Shown: positions 11,576-23,600 of the stretch, piece after piece
How the letters are laid out: the number at the start of each line of letters is the position of its first letter
How positions within the stretch are numbered: position 1 is the stretch's first letter
Origin: Lama glama
Taxonomy: Eukaryota
Assembly (NCBI GenBank): GCA_028534125.1
Contig: CM052841.1
Location: 66,836,001-66,900,000, forward strand
DNA length: 64,000 nt
Reading direction: 5' to 3'
The notes under the pieces: model-generated
Database searches by the model: none
Told to the model about the DNA's origin: nothing
Seen by the model: only the letters and a program-made list of their open reading frames with translations
Made by a program: the position numbers and the translations under genes

Positions 11576-13832
11576 CTAGGACTTCTGGTACCATCTAGGA
11601 CTATGTTTTCGGATGCTCACTCAAGGAAATTTCAAGACTCAGGGACCCGTAGTCCCTCATTAGGGCTGTGGGGGACGGGGAGTCCAGTCTGGAGCCTGAA
11701 GTGGTCCGCGATGGCCTCAGAGTCTCTTCCCGGCACCAGGTGCCTGATTCTCAGATTCCAGGGACGTGAAGACCCCAGGGCTCCGTGACACTGGGGCTCA
11801 GAGGTGTTCGACTCTGAAGGCGATGCCAGTGGTGCTTGTCAGGCGGTTCTGGGTGGCTTCCTCCCCTTCTGTTCCCCTTTCTGGGCAGTCCCCTCCTGGC
11901 CCTTGGGAGGAACCCCCAGGATGTCAGAGTGGGCCTCTGAGCCAGAGGAAGATGCCTCTGGGATGACTGGCAAGACCCCGGGCTCAGCCACAAACTCAGT
12001 GGCCAGTGTCCAAGGGATGAGGGCCAGCTGCCAATACCGCTGGCCCTCAGTGTCCTCATCTGCAAAGTGGACTCAGGCCCCACACCCGGGATCCTCTGAG
12101 GGGTCTCCGTGGGGGCCGACCCTGGTCAGAAGGGGTGCAGTCGGGCCTGGAGCCCGAGAGGCAGACGGGGCTGAGGGCTGGAGCGCGCCTCCTAATTGTC
12201 CATGACTTACAGACTTGGCTGGGCTCCCAGACAGCCTCATAAATCAGCGCGGCCACAGTGAGCAGCCTGTTAGCGCAGCCCCTCCGCGCTTGGCAGGCCC
12301 CTTGCCTCCTCCCTGCTTGGGAGCACCCCGCAGCCTCCAATTTTCCATGTGCTGCTGCAGAGCTGGGAGCTGGGGTGTGCTCGCGGGGGAGGGAGGGGGT
12401 TGGGAGGGAGGTGCTAGGGTGGAGGCAGAGGGTTGGGGGAGGGAGGCGACCGGTGGAGGCCAGCCACCTTGCAGATGTCATGTTCTACCCCTGCGTGGCC
12501 CCCGGAGCCTGCCCCTTGCCTTACTGCCTGGTGCTCCTCTGGGGAGACAGAAGGCAGGACCAGAGGGGAGACCCTGGTTCCAGGACGTCTGTCTCTTCAT
12601 GTGTCCCTGCGCCCGTGTGTGTACGTGTGTGTGCTTGCATCCCTCAACTTAGACCTGCCCTCCCTCCTCCGGGGCCCAGATCCGGCTGGTGGAGGGGCCC
12701 CTCCGTGTCCCGTGCCATCTGCTCTCCCGTGGGGACATCTCTGGGTGGAGGGCCCTGAAGATGTGGGGCCTCGGCTTCTGCCCCACTCCGAGGGCCTGGC
12801 GATGACCCTCAGTGCAGGTGTCAAGGACCTAGTGGCTGCTCTGTTTTAACCGGCTATGGGGACAGAAAAGGGCTGAGCCAGGGCAAGATGGCGAGTGTCC
12901 AGGCCCCCAAGACGTGGGACCACTGGGCAGCCAGGGAAGCTGATAGATGGGGGCCTGGCCAAGGGGTCCGCCTTGTCCCCAGCCTGGGTGCTTGCACCAC
13001 CTCTCTCCCGGCCCTCGAGGCATGGATGAGGTGACTTTAGGACAAATAACGCGCTGCCCGACTGGGTGGGTGCAGCTGGGGGTAACTGCACCGTCTGGAA
13101 ACACAAACAGGCCGCAGACAGGTGTAGGTAACTTCCTGCCTGACAGATGTGCCCGGGTCATTCAGGAGGCTGGGGAGGCTCAGGTCTGTGAGGTGATGTC
13201 TGGGAGGCCCGCCCCCGCCCCCTCACCCCCAGGGCCAGTGCAGACAGGCTCTGAGTGGGAGCAGGCGGACTGCCGCCACACAGCCGCGAGCCCAGCCCCG
13301 TGAGGCCGGCCCGGGGGCCTGGCGGCCACTACTCCGGGTCCCTGCACCCAGGCCCACCTTCCCACGCTGGGCAGCTGCGGGCAGGGTGGGCCCTCAAAGG
13401 CCCTGAGTGCACTCCAACCGTGGGCACGGGTCAGCTGCAGAGCACGGTGGCTGGCCTGGTGTGGGGACCGGGGGACAGCAGCTGGGCCCAGCTCCACACT
13501 CCCCAGCTCTGGGCCTTGAACGCGTCATTTACCCTGACTTGTTTGAAGAATTAGATGAAATGACGAATGTGAGAGTTTGGGCACGCAGTGAATGGAAATG
13601 GTTTGATTCAGGGACCCGGCTGGATGGACAGCCAAGGGGCAGGCAGGCCTGGGCCGGGGACAGAGCAGCCCTGCTGGCCCTGGCCCGCTCAGAGCCTGAG
13701 GGCAGAGGTCAGGAGAGGCGATACCAGCTTCCAAGAGGAAAGAGATGGTGTGGGAGCATGGGGACCATGGGGCAGGCGGAGCCGCAGCTGGGCTACAGCC
13801 GCGGGGAAGGGGAGCTGGGGAGGACAGACGCT

Positions 13833-13862
13833 GGCTGCAGGCGGCTGCAGGCGGCTGCAGGC
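13833..13862. repeat. (GGCTGCAGGC)x3 tandem repeat downstream of the MYMK stop
   Basis: Three perfect 10-bp units. Confidence 0.9.
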
Positions 13863-14103
13863 GTCCTCGTCGGTCCTGACCTTGGCCCGCCAGAGAAAGT
13901 TCTTTTCTTTCCAGAGGGCACCTAGCACCCAGGAGAAACCTAGTAAGTGTGTTTTCAAGAAGCACTCAGCAAGGTGCTTCCCAAGTCCCTGGCACCTCTC
14001 AGGCTCTGAGAAGAGGTGCTTCCCGAGGTCAGGAAGGATGGAGAACTCTCGCTGGGCCTGGGCCGGGGCAGGGCTGGGGCCTGGAGCTGGGGGTGGCGCA
14101 CAG

Positions 14104-14253
14104 TCAGATGCAAGCACTGCAGAGGGTGGAGCAGTCCAGCCTGGCGGGGGCCCCTGCGCTCCCAGCCTTCTTGTTGACCTTGGGCAGCAGCAGGACGAAG
14201 GACATGGCCAGGGCGCAGTGGTAGAAGCTGTGGACGTAAGTGTACTCCCAGTC
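14104..14253 (-). CDS. MYMK: MYMK coding exon 5 (to stop)
   Basis: DWEYTYVHSFYHCALAMSFVLLLPKVNKKAGSAGAPARLDCSTLCSACI*; TGA at 14106-14104. Confidence 0.97.
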   Translation of the reverse strand, partial: DWEYTYVHSFYHCALAMSFVLLLPKVNKKAGSAGAPARLDCSTLCSACI

Positions 14254-17200
14254 CTGCGGGAGCAGAGAGGACCGGTCTGCCGCCCCCGCCCTCCCCAAAG
14301 CCCATCTCTCCGACTGCCCCGCCCCGCCCTCAGCCCTTCAGCCCCGTCTCCAGCGCAGACCTGGCGTGACGGGGCACCTGCCACGCACCACAGGCTCCTC
14401 CCGACCCCCTCACTTGTCCTCGAGAGCCTGCCAAGTGCCCTGCTCCAAGAAGCCTTCCTTCACCATCCAGCCCATGGGGGTCTGCCCCCCACCAAACCCC
14501 TAGAGCACCGAAAGTCAGCGCCAAGTCCCCGGGCCTTTGACGGCACGGCTGGGGCTCCTCCCTCCCCATCCCTCTCCTCTCCCCCCACCCCCTCCCTTCC
14601 TCCATTCCTCTCTCCTTTTCTCCTTCTCTCTCTCCCCCATTCTTCCCCCACTAACATTTCTCCTCCCTCTCCCCCCACCTCCAGGTGTGGCTCCAGCCGC
14701 AGCCCCCTTCTGGGCTGTGCCCCTCATCTCACAGGCAAGCTCTGCGTCCCCTAGCCCCGCACAGGCAGCGATGCTGGGCGGTGGGGGGCCCTGGGGACGG
14801 ACCACACCCTGACTGGAGGGGCACGGCCGGGGAGGGGAGGTGTCAGTGGGAGCGCGCGGCCCGGCCCGGTCAGCCCCCGGCCCGGTCAGCTCCCGGCCCA
14901 GCAAGCTGTGCTGACGGGCCCTGTGGATGGACGGGCTGCTCCCCCCGCCCCCCGCCAGGGTACCTGGAAGAAGAAGCGTAGCAGCAGGGCCAGCGCCCCG
15001 AAGCAGAGGCCCGGGCCGACCTGCTGGGCGTACACGCTCTTGTCGGGGTACAGGCGCCTCTTCTCCTTCATCTGCTGCAGCTGCGGGGAGGGGGCCAGAG
15101 GGGTGCTCTCAGGCCACAGCCTCGGGAACGGCCACCCTGGGCCGGCTCGGGCGTTGGTCCTGGGCACCCACGTCCGGGCGGCCTCAGGTGGGAGGTGGGG
15201 CTCAGGGAGACCGTCTGCCGTGCCCGGCCCTATGGCCGCAGGGCCCGAGGAAGCCGGCGCCTGGCTGGGCGGGCCGGGAAGCCCTTGGGCCATCTGGCCC
15301 CACAACGACCTCCTGCCCCATCTGCCTCTTGGGGTGAAACAAGGCCATCCTTGCCCGTGTCCAGCCAGAGGGCCCCGAGGGGCCCAGACCCGTGGTTATC
15401 TACAGCACCGGGGTGCTGGAGGTGTGGGACCGGCCCCGGCGTGGCCACAGGGGCTGCGGGGTGGTCCCTGTCTGAATGGATGGACCCAGCATCGCACTCA
15501 CTAGACACACCGCACCCGCACGTGGAACCTGCCATTCCCCAGGGGCTAAGCTTAGAGCAAGGCTCAAGGAGGTATTTAAAAACACCGGTTCACATACTCT
15601 AAAAAGACGAAGTAAATGTGGGTCCATATCCCCCAAACCCGGACCTTTGGGGCCAACGTGTTTCAGAAAGCAGAATGCTTTGGATTTCAGCAAAAGGTGA
15701 ACGGCCACACACACTGTGGATGGTGGACGCCCCCGGCGGGCAGGGCTGCTCCCACCGATGGCACCGCCCACCCGCCCACCCAGCGGATCACACAGAGACC
15801 CCGAGGAGCTTTGTGCTGGGCCAGGGCCGCCTTGCCAGCGAGTGAATTCTGAATCGGCACCTGCAGTGGCACAGGCGGGGTGTGGGCCCAGCCAGAGAGT
15901 GTGGCTCCGGGTGCAGGCGGCTGAGGCCCGGAAGCCCTCCTGCAGCCAATCCCGCGCCTTCGCCTTGGGACGAAGAGCACCTGCCCCAGGTGGCGCGCTG
16001 GCCTGGCCCGGCCTGCGGCCCCCTCCACCCGGCCCTCTCTGCGCTTCCTCTCCCTGAGAGCGGCTGCTCCCCGCCGGGGCTCGAGAAGGACGAGCCTCCA
16101 GGAGAAAAGTCTGCCCTCCTTCCAGGAAACAAGTGCCCTTGAAAACCCCAAATAAACTCCACACTAAATGGTCTAGAAAACGCCATTTGAGCCCCAGATG
16201 GAGGGAGCCTGGCAGCCCTCTCGGCTCCTGCGGTGCTTTGTGGGGACTCTGGTGAGCGCCTGCTATCCTGGCTAACTGGGAGCCAGCCGGGATTCAGACC
16301 CCGGCCAAGGAGGAGCCGCCCCCCGGGCAGAGCAAGCAGCCTTGGTCCCGCTTCCGCCAGGGAGCCAGCGAGTTACCAGCCCGGAGAGCTCTCCGTGTTT
16401 ACGCGTTCCGGAATGTTAATGAACGTGGCCCTTCCCGCCCGACAAGTCAGAGCCCAGCACACTTCCTCTCCCCTCACAGGGGCTCCGCGGCCTCGGGGTC
16501 AGCCCAGGGCCGGCTGCGAGTCCCCAGGATGCAGGGACAGAGAGGCCCCTTCCCTTCTGCTGCGGAGCCGAGCCGGAGCTTGTCCTTGCGCTTGTCCTGC
16601 CGCGACCTCGTGACTTCGCTGAGCTCCCTGGGCCTTGCTGATCTTGGGCAGGGGTAATCATGTTTATTTATTTATTTATGCTTTTTTAAAATGGAGTTAC
16701 TGGGGGTTGAACCCAAGACCTCATGCCTGCTATGCTCTCTGCCCTGAGTCTCGCTGCCTTTACTAACCAAACGGCAAAAGAACCCCCCTGTTCCCTGCGT
16801 ATAGAGAGGAGTGGGGTGTGCCTGGCAAGCACCACCACCAGGCCTTTGTTTTCCCTCCCAAGGCTGTGCGGTGGGTTGGTGGACACCTCTGCTCCCTGAG
16901 AACTGCCGTCTTGCTTTCCAGGTCCATGGTCCCCACAAGGCTCAGTTCCCTCCCTGCTCTGGGGGCCCAGGAAACGCCCCGGGCCCCCCCTGCAGTAGCA
17001 TCTGTCTTTCACTTGGGCTAGTCTGAGTGGGTTTTGGTCCTTCCCGCCAGGAGGGCCTGGGGACCAGGTGTGACGGGCTGGTGGGGACCAGGCCCCTGGG
17101 CGCCCAGTGCAGTGTTGAAAGTCCAGCTCAGGAGCTGCCTCCACGCTCCTGTTGACCTCACACTACATCCTCCCTCCACATTTGAACCAATTTCAAGGCT

Positions 17201-20200
17201 CATCCCTTCCAGGATGTCTTCCTGGGTTAACCCAGGCCACTTCCAACTGATGCTGCATCTCTAAACCAATCATTCTGTTTGATGACAGGAATAATAAAGA
17301 ACAGCTCCTTTTTGTCGAGCACATTAGGAGCCAGGTTCTGTGCCCGTCCTTAAGATGCGTCATTTCAATTAATCTTTGAACCAACCCTATGAGGTAGGTA
17401 CTGGACAGTAACACCCACTCTACAGATATGGAAACTGAGGCAGAGAGGTTAAGTAACTTGGGTCAGGCCCAGAGCGAGTGAGCACAGACATAACACGAAC
17501 CAGCTCTGCGTGGCCGGGGCAGCCAGCGATCACTTTCTGTGTGTGAGCCGAGCCCCCACGTCCAGCCTGCCAACGTGGGGAGGAGGCAGACAGAGACCCC
17601 AGGGGGAAGAGGCGCCGCCGAGGGGGCGCGCCGACCGGGAGGCTCGCGCGGCACGCACCCACTTGGCCGCGATGATGAGGACAGCCGCGCCGATGGGGCC
17701 CGAGTACACCCCGTAGCCCCAGCGGTCGTGGTAGGTCCGCACGGCGATGGTCAGGACTCCCAGCATCACGAAGGTTGACCGTTTGGGCTCGTCGAAGTCA
17801 GCCAGCGCTGCCGGGGAGAGAACGGGGTGAAGTGAGGGGCCTCCCGCGCCCTCCTGGCCACTGCTTCCCGGGGAGGCCCCCCTTAGGGGCCAGGGGTGGC
17901 GTCCCCTCAGCCAGGGAGAACCCATGGCCCAGCCTGGTCCCTTGGAGGTCGAGATGCAGCCGGATTTAGGGGACAAGCAGGCCGCTGCCCTAACACACAG
18001 ATCAGCATGTGGGTGACCAGAGCGAATCGATCCCAGGGGACCAGTGGGACAAAAACACACGGACCATGGCCAAGCTGCGAGAAGGACCTGGGTCCTTCAC
18101 GGAGCCTGCGCCAGGAGCAGGGCCCCCGTGTGGTGGGGACCGTGTGTCCTGACAGCACGAATCCAGTGAGTGAAAGAAGCTGCCGAGCAACGTACCTGTG
18201 ACTCATCCTATCTTCAGAAAACCCGAGCTGAGAATTGTGTGCGTGCCTGTGTGCGTGAGCCCCGAGAACAGCCCGGGGGACAGACCCTGAACAGCGAGCA
18301 GTGGCTCCCCAGGGGGAGGGGAGACGGGCAGGGGCTTCCCTTTTTTCCTCTCTATGCCTGTGCTCAATCTGTCAAAATAAACCTTTACTAAATGCACAGT
18401 TTTAGAAGGTTATGATAGATGAGAATCAAGGCACGTAAGTACTGGAGGTAGTCGTTCAGAGATTAAGCACCGCTCTGAACCCCAGGTAAGGAAAGGGGTT
18501 CTCAGAGAAGAGGGGCGGGGGCGGGCAGTCAATGGGGCTCGGCTGAGCGGATGGTGGGCGGCAGGGAAGCGGATTCCGTGTGCAGGGCTGGGCTCCCGGG
18601 GCAGCCACTCACCCATCAGCGAGACCCACATGCTCAGGGCCGTCCCGTAGACGCTGAAGTACTCCAGGACGTCGAGGCGCAGGAAGCAGAGAATGGACAG
18701 GCCGGGCCCGTTGCAGGCGTGGTAGAGCTGCCAGGAAACACAGATGGTCGATCGGCGGTGGGGGTGGGGGGGTCAGAGCAGTGGAGCCCGGGGCCAGGCC
18801 TGGGCCCCGAGCCACAGCCCCGTGAGCCAGGCCACTCTCTGGCTGCAGGACCTCAGGCGAGTCTCTAAATGCCTCCGTGCCTCTGTTTCCCCATCTGAAA
18901 ATGGGTGCACTGTAGACCCCCTCCCCCCGTAGGGTCCTGTGGTTGAAGCCTGCCGAGCTGGGAGCCCTACAACACCCTTCCTTAACACCCGGGTTTGCAG
19001 AGGCCACAGCCTTTCCCCGTGGGTGCCAGTCTGCTCTGCGGAGGCCCGTAGGTCCTTGCTTCTCTCCCATGAGTTACCCCCTGATGACCGGATGTCTGAT
19101 GCCCTGGGGGGCTTGTAAAGGCTTGGGTGCTAAGCAGGCCTTGCGAGGTGCTCCCCCAGCGGGTCTGGGCTGGGGGCGGAGACCTGCTTTTTTCAGAGGC
19201 TCTTGCACTGATGCCGATGCCGCCGGAGTGACGCAGAGTTTCTTCTCCTGCACACACTGCTTTGAGAACCACCGGCCTGCAGCTCTCAGTTTCTGTTTCT
19301 CTAAACTGAGGGAAGATGGCGGAGACCTCTGCAGGTGTCAAAGGTGGCGGCGTTCTCATTTTGCCCCTCCCCACCCCCGGCTCCTACGGTTCTCTCCTTG
19401 ATAACTTGTGTCATAACGAATTTTAAAGCAAATGCCTGTATTTTCAAGGCAGCCAGCTTATTTCTTACAGAAGACGACTCTTCCCTTTCGCTTACACATT
19501 TCATCACTGTAAGTAATATTTAATTGCATGATGTAATTATTTTGACAAGTTCAAGGGCGTAAGCAAGCGCGGGGACCAGCACAGTCGGCTCTTGGTTAGC
19601 CCAGCTTGGCAGGATGGGGAGGCGTGCAGCAGAGCAGCCGATATTTGGAGGTGCCAGGGACATTATGGGCAGTGGGAACCGGAAGCCCTGGGTCACCTGG
19701 TGAGTCGAGCAAGTTGGGGTCGATTTAGAGCTTCTACTGGTTACAGCTTTACATGAGCTAAAGCTAAAGAGCACCTAGGAGGCATTAATAGAGGTAAAGT
19801 GTCTAGAATAGGGTAGGAGATTCTGCTGCTCCTCTCTGGTCAGACCCACCTAGAGAACTATATCGAGCTTTGGATGCTACACCCTTTGAAGGGGCACACT
19901 GGCAAAGAAGAGCTTAGAAGAGAGGAACCAGGTGGTGGTGGATGTGACTAGCTCAGGAAGGAGAAGCTTCAGGTAGGGTGTGATCAAGGTGCTCAAATCT
20001 CTGGGCTAGAGGAGGGAAGAGGACCCTTGCTCCCCATGGCTCTGGCAGGCAGAGCCAGGCCCTATGAGGCACACGGATCTTCTTCTGCCCTCCTGTTCCT
20101 TTCAGAATTACATCTCCCCCTGAGCCCCACAATATAGTGTCTCTGTCCCCGTGCCTCTCCTGTGTAGCACAGGTCATGTTGTGTGATTACAGATTTAATC

Positions 20201-22402
20201 GCTGCAGGATTCTGGACACTTTCTGGGCCCTGTCCCCCATCTGGCTCATCCCTGCCATGACCACAGCTCCTAGCGTGGAGCTGTTTCACAGTCTGTGTAA
20301 GTGAGTGTTTGCCTGTGTATGCAGGGACAAGGAGGCAGGGTTTGGAGTGCTTTGAAGGAGAGCTGGCCCAGGAGGGACCTCTCCCGCCGGGCCCTCGGTT
20401 CCCCTCTGCTGAACAGGTGGGTAGGTTAAGATTCAGGGAGCAGCACGGGCTTCTGTGCCAGCGAGGCCTTCCTCCCTCTTCTGATCATCGCAGAGGGCAG
20501 AGGGGGCGGTGCTGGCGGGGGTGGCATGGGGCTGGGGGCCCGGCAGGAGACAGCGCAGCCTCTGGCAGCGGAGCCAGCAGGCCCTGGCCGTGTGAGCGCA
20601 GACCAGCAGCTGACTGCCCTGGGGGTGGGAGTCCTGTCAGAGGAGGGCGAGACACCCGCTCCGCAGCGGGGGCCAGGGGACTCCATGTGACCAAGCACAC
20701 AGCACGGGCCCAGCACAGGAACAACTGTCGCCGGGTGGTCCTGGTGGGACACAGAAGCCCCGTGTGGGAGGCCGAGCCGGCCACAGTGTTGCTGGGGCTC
20801 TGGAGGAAGGGGCAGAGTGTGTCTCTGAGGCCTGAGGACACCTGTCACAGGAGGCAGCTGCCCCTGCCGCTCTGGCTGGGCGGGGCGGGGCTGGGTGGGC
20901 CTCTGAGGCCAGCCACCCGGGCAGCTGTGGGGCCAGCTCAGCCCCGGCAGGGAGGGCTGGCCTGGTGGTCACTGTGGTTTCCTGGGCTGGGTCTACCACG
21001 GGCTTGGAGGACAGGACCCCGGTCCCTCTCCTCGGCCCTAAGGCCCTTGTACCTGCAGAGAATCCCCTGTCCGTTCTAGCCCTGGTTTCTCACCTGCCAA
21101 GCAGACCCCCTGGACCTCACCCGCACAGGGGTCCTGGGAGGAGCAGATCTAAGCCTTGAATGAGCTGGGAAGTCCTGCTGCGGGGAGGGGCTGCCTGCGG
21201 TGAGGAGGGCCCGTGACCTTTCGTAAGTCTGGCGCTGCCCCGTGGAGCCCGGGAATGCTCGCCTACCCCACACGTGCTTCTCCCGGGAGCTGGGTTTAAT
21301 GAAGGCTAGGCCTTAGAGGGGCCCCTCTGGGAGTGCAGCGACGAGGGTGGGTGGGAGGAGACTCGGGGGAACAGAGACAGGGAGGTAGGAAGGCACTAAG
21401 ACACTGAGAGATAATGGATGGTTGGATGGTTGATCCGACAGGTGGCTAATGATTAATCAGATGTAAAAGTGATGGATTAGACAGATAGTACATAGGTAGG
21501 TAGACAGACAGACGGAGAGAAGCTCGAAGAATGGATAGAGCCAGAGAGACACATGGAGGGTGAGGGGACGAGAGCTAGAGAGGAAGAGACAAAGACACTT
21601 AGAAAGAGAGTGAATTCCATGGGGATATAGCTCCAGAAATCAAGAGAAAACCCGACCCAGACTGAGAAAAAGAAAAAACAGACACAGAACCAGGAAGAGA
21701 AACACAGAGGGAAAGAGACCCACAGGGAGATGGGGGTGGGGACAGACAGGGGAGCCGAGAGACAGGCTCGCAGACATATAAATAGAAAGGGAAAGGAGGG
21801 TCCGGAGAGAGACGTGGGCCCCAGAAGGAGCGAAGCCGACGTGAGCAGGCCCTCCTGAATGGGGGCCAGCGCCGCCGGAGTCCTGGAAGCAGAGTCACCT
21901 TGCAGGCCCCTCCGCCCCGCTAGCCCCGGCCTGGCCCAGGAGGCGGGGGGAGGGGCAGCTGGGGCCAGGAGCAGGCTGGGGTGGTTGGCCAGCGGCAAGG
22001 AAAGGGGAAACTTGGAGGGGCTCGTCCCGGACTGACGGTCCCTGGCCCGTTGTGGGCTTGGTCTCACTCACACCAGTCCCAGCACAGGCGGGGAAACAGG
22101 TCCGGGGAGGCAAAGGGGGTCCCCCAACCCTCCCTCCTGGTCCTTGGGCTCTTTTTTTCACCTCCCAATCACTTTTCTTCGTCACCAAATACAGCAAAGT
22201 GATGGAAAGACGGTCCCGTCCTCCGTCTCCGCTGCGGGTGGTACTCTCCCCAGGTTCCCGGACTTACCGCCACAAAAAACATGGTGAAGAGGTAGACCAT
22301 GGCCTCCATGTGGAACCGCCTTTTGGCAGCGACACTGACAGCGGGGAGGAGGGCCAGGCTGCTCAGGGTGGGCAGGAGCAGTTTGGCCACGAGCGTCCCC
22401 AT
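14104..22402 (-). CDS. MYMK: Myomaker (TMEM8C), myoblast fusion factor, 221 aa; complement(join(14104..14253,14964..15080,17659..17807,18613..18727,22268..22402))
   Basis: Five GT-AG-bounded exons (135+115+149+117+150=666 nt) translate to MGTLVAKLLLPTLSSLALLP...YHACNGPG...DFDEPKRST...HDRWGYGVYSGPIG...YPDKSVY...HSFYHCALAMSFVLLLPKVNKK. CREST-family His48/His180/His184 are present. Confidence 0.98.
14964..15080 (-). CDS. MYMK: MYMK coding exon 4
   Basis: LQQMKEKRRLYPDKSVYAQQVGPGLCFGALALLLRFFFQ; 117 nt; donor GTACCC. Confidence 0.97.
16660..16750 (-). mobile_element. Truncated Vic-1-like SINE in MYMK intron 3
   Basis: Reverse complement reads ...GCATGAGGTCTTGGGTTCAACCCCCAGTAACTCCA + (TAAA)n tail. 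Confidence 0.8.
17300..17515 (-). mobile_element. MIR
   Basis: AACCCTATGAGGTAGGTACT...TACAGATATGGAAACTGAGGCAGAGAGGTTAAGTAACTTG core. Confidence 0.8.
17659..17807 (-). CDS. MYMK: MYMK coding exon 3
   Basis: ALADFDEPKRSTFVMLGVLTIAVRTYHDRWGYGVYSGPIGAAVLIIAAKW; 149 nt; donor GTGCGT. Confidence 0.97.
18613..18727 (-). CDS. MYMK: MYMK coding exon 2
   Basis: cag|LYHACNGPGLSILCFLRLDVLEYFSVYGTALSMWVSLM|GTGAGT; 115 nt. Confidence 0.96.
19750..20050 (+). mobile_element. L3/CR1 LINE fragment
   Basis: GCATTAATAGAGGTAAAGTGTCTAGAATAGGG...CTGGTCAGACCCACCTAGAG...AGAGGAACCAGG resembles the CR1/L3 ORF2 3' part. Confidence 0.6.
21410..21820. repeat. Purine-rich GATG/GATA/AG low-complexity tract in MYMK intron 1
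   Basis: Direct reading. Confidence 0.7.
22268..22402 (-). CDS. MYMK: MYMK coding exon 1 (codons 1-45)
   Basis: ATG at 22402; MGTLVAKLLLPTLSSLALLPAVSVAAKRRFHMEAMVYLFTMFFVA; donor GTAAGT. Confidence 0.97.
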
Positions 22403-22517
22403 GGGCTGGGGAGGAAGGGACGGGCTGGGGAGGAAAGGTGGGTGCAGGCCTCCCGGGTCCCCAGAGCTGGGAACAGAAAGGGAGAAGGCCTGCTCCTTCC
22501 AGTGGGGGCTCCGATGG

Positions 22518-22622
22518 CAGCTGTGGTTCAAATGCCCTGGAGGGAGGCAGGGATATGGGAACACATGTCGAGCAGCACGTGGAGAGGGCCCAACAGCTGA
22601 TGCCCCACGTGACCGGCACTTG
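22518..22622 (-). promoter_or_regulatory. MYMK: MYMK proximal promoter E-box cluster (MyoD/myogenin type)
   Basis: Seven CANNTG in ~105 bp: CAGCTG 22518, CAAATG 22529, CACATG 22562, CACGTG 22576, CAGCTG 22594, CACGTG 22606, CACTTG 22617. Myomaker is known to be driven by conserved proximal E-boxes. Confidence 0.75.
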
Positions 22623-23239
22623 TCTCTGGGTTTTTTTTGGACTGGCTAGAGTTGTTGATTCAAGGAAACCATAGTTCTTTTCTAGGAGGCAGCAACTTAG
22701 GGGAACGGTCACTGTCCCCAGTTCAGCTACTACCCACCCTGGCCCTCTCCCCAGGGCGCCTGGGAGCCCAGAAGAGGGTGGATTTTGCTGCTTGAGTCAC
22801 GTGTCCACAGGGGCCAAGAGGTGAGAGAACCCAGAGATCAGCTGATTCTAACCACTCAAAGGACCTTGTAGATAAGTTTCACAATTTACCGGCTCACAAC
22901 GTGCTTCGCGCTCGCCCACCCCTGCCCCAGACAGGTCTCCTTGGTGACTGAGCTAATGAAACTAACGTTCTTTCCTACTTGGTTGCAGAGTTTCAGAGCT
23001 GAAGTACGCAGACCAGGACCACCTCTACTGGCGCTCCCGACGCGAGGCTGATGCGACTCCGCTAGGCATTCCTTGGCCTTCGGGGAGTAGCCTTCCTTGT
23101 TGAGGAGGTCTTGGGGGGGCCGGCCGGCGGGGCGCCCCGTCATCCCCCGCGGAGGGATGATGGGAGGGTGGGAGCCACCCAGGCCGACTCTCTCCCCGGA
23201 GTGACTGCTCGCTTGCTTGCTTTCTTTATTTGCTGCCGG

Positions 23240-23600
23240 CAAAAGAACAGCGTTTATTCTGTGTTATTTTTCATCATGATACAATGACGTTACATGCAAC
23301 AACATGCACAGGTTTGAAATGTGCCATCTGACAAGTCTGGTAAGCGTGCACAGCTGTGCGGCCACTGCGGCGTCCCCTCGGCTCCTTTGCCATGCGTCCC
23401 CCGGCCGCGGCAGCCGCGCACCCAACTGCCCGCACGGAGGGACTCATGCAGCGCGCAACCTTCCGGGCCGGCTTCTTTTCCTTCCCTGGGATGTCCCTGA
23501 GATTCGCCCACGTGTGTCAAGTGGCTTGTTCCTCTGGCTGCTGTGTGGGCGGAAGTCCACTGCACAGCTCTGTCGGATCCCGTTCTCCTGGGAATCGGAA
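23240..23600 (-). mobile_element. Old L1M (MC/ME-type) 3' end, GC-drifted
   Basis: TTTATT...ATGCACAGGTTTGAAATGTG...GGCTTCTTTTCC...CTGAGATTCGCCCACGTG...GTTCCTC..GCTGCTGTGT. Confidence 0.5.

Noticed and set aside
12380-12450. G-quadruplex-capable G-runs (also many elsewhere)
   Set aside because: Expected at this GC content; nothing singles these out
13588-14754. 388-aa plus-strand ORF
   Set aside because: Antisense to MYMK exon 5 and runs through low-complexity intron DNA; no recognisable domain
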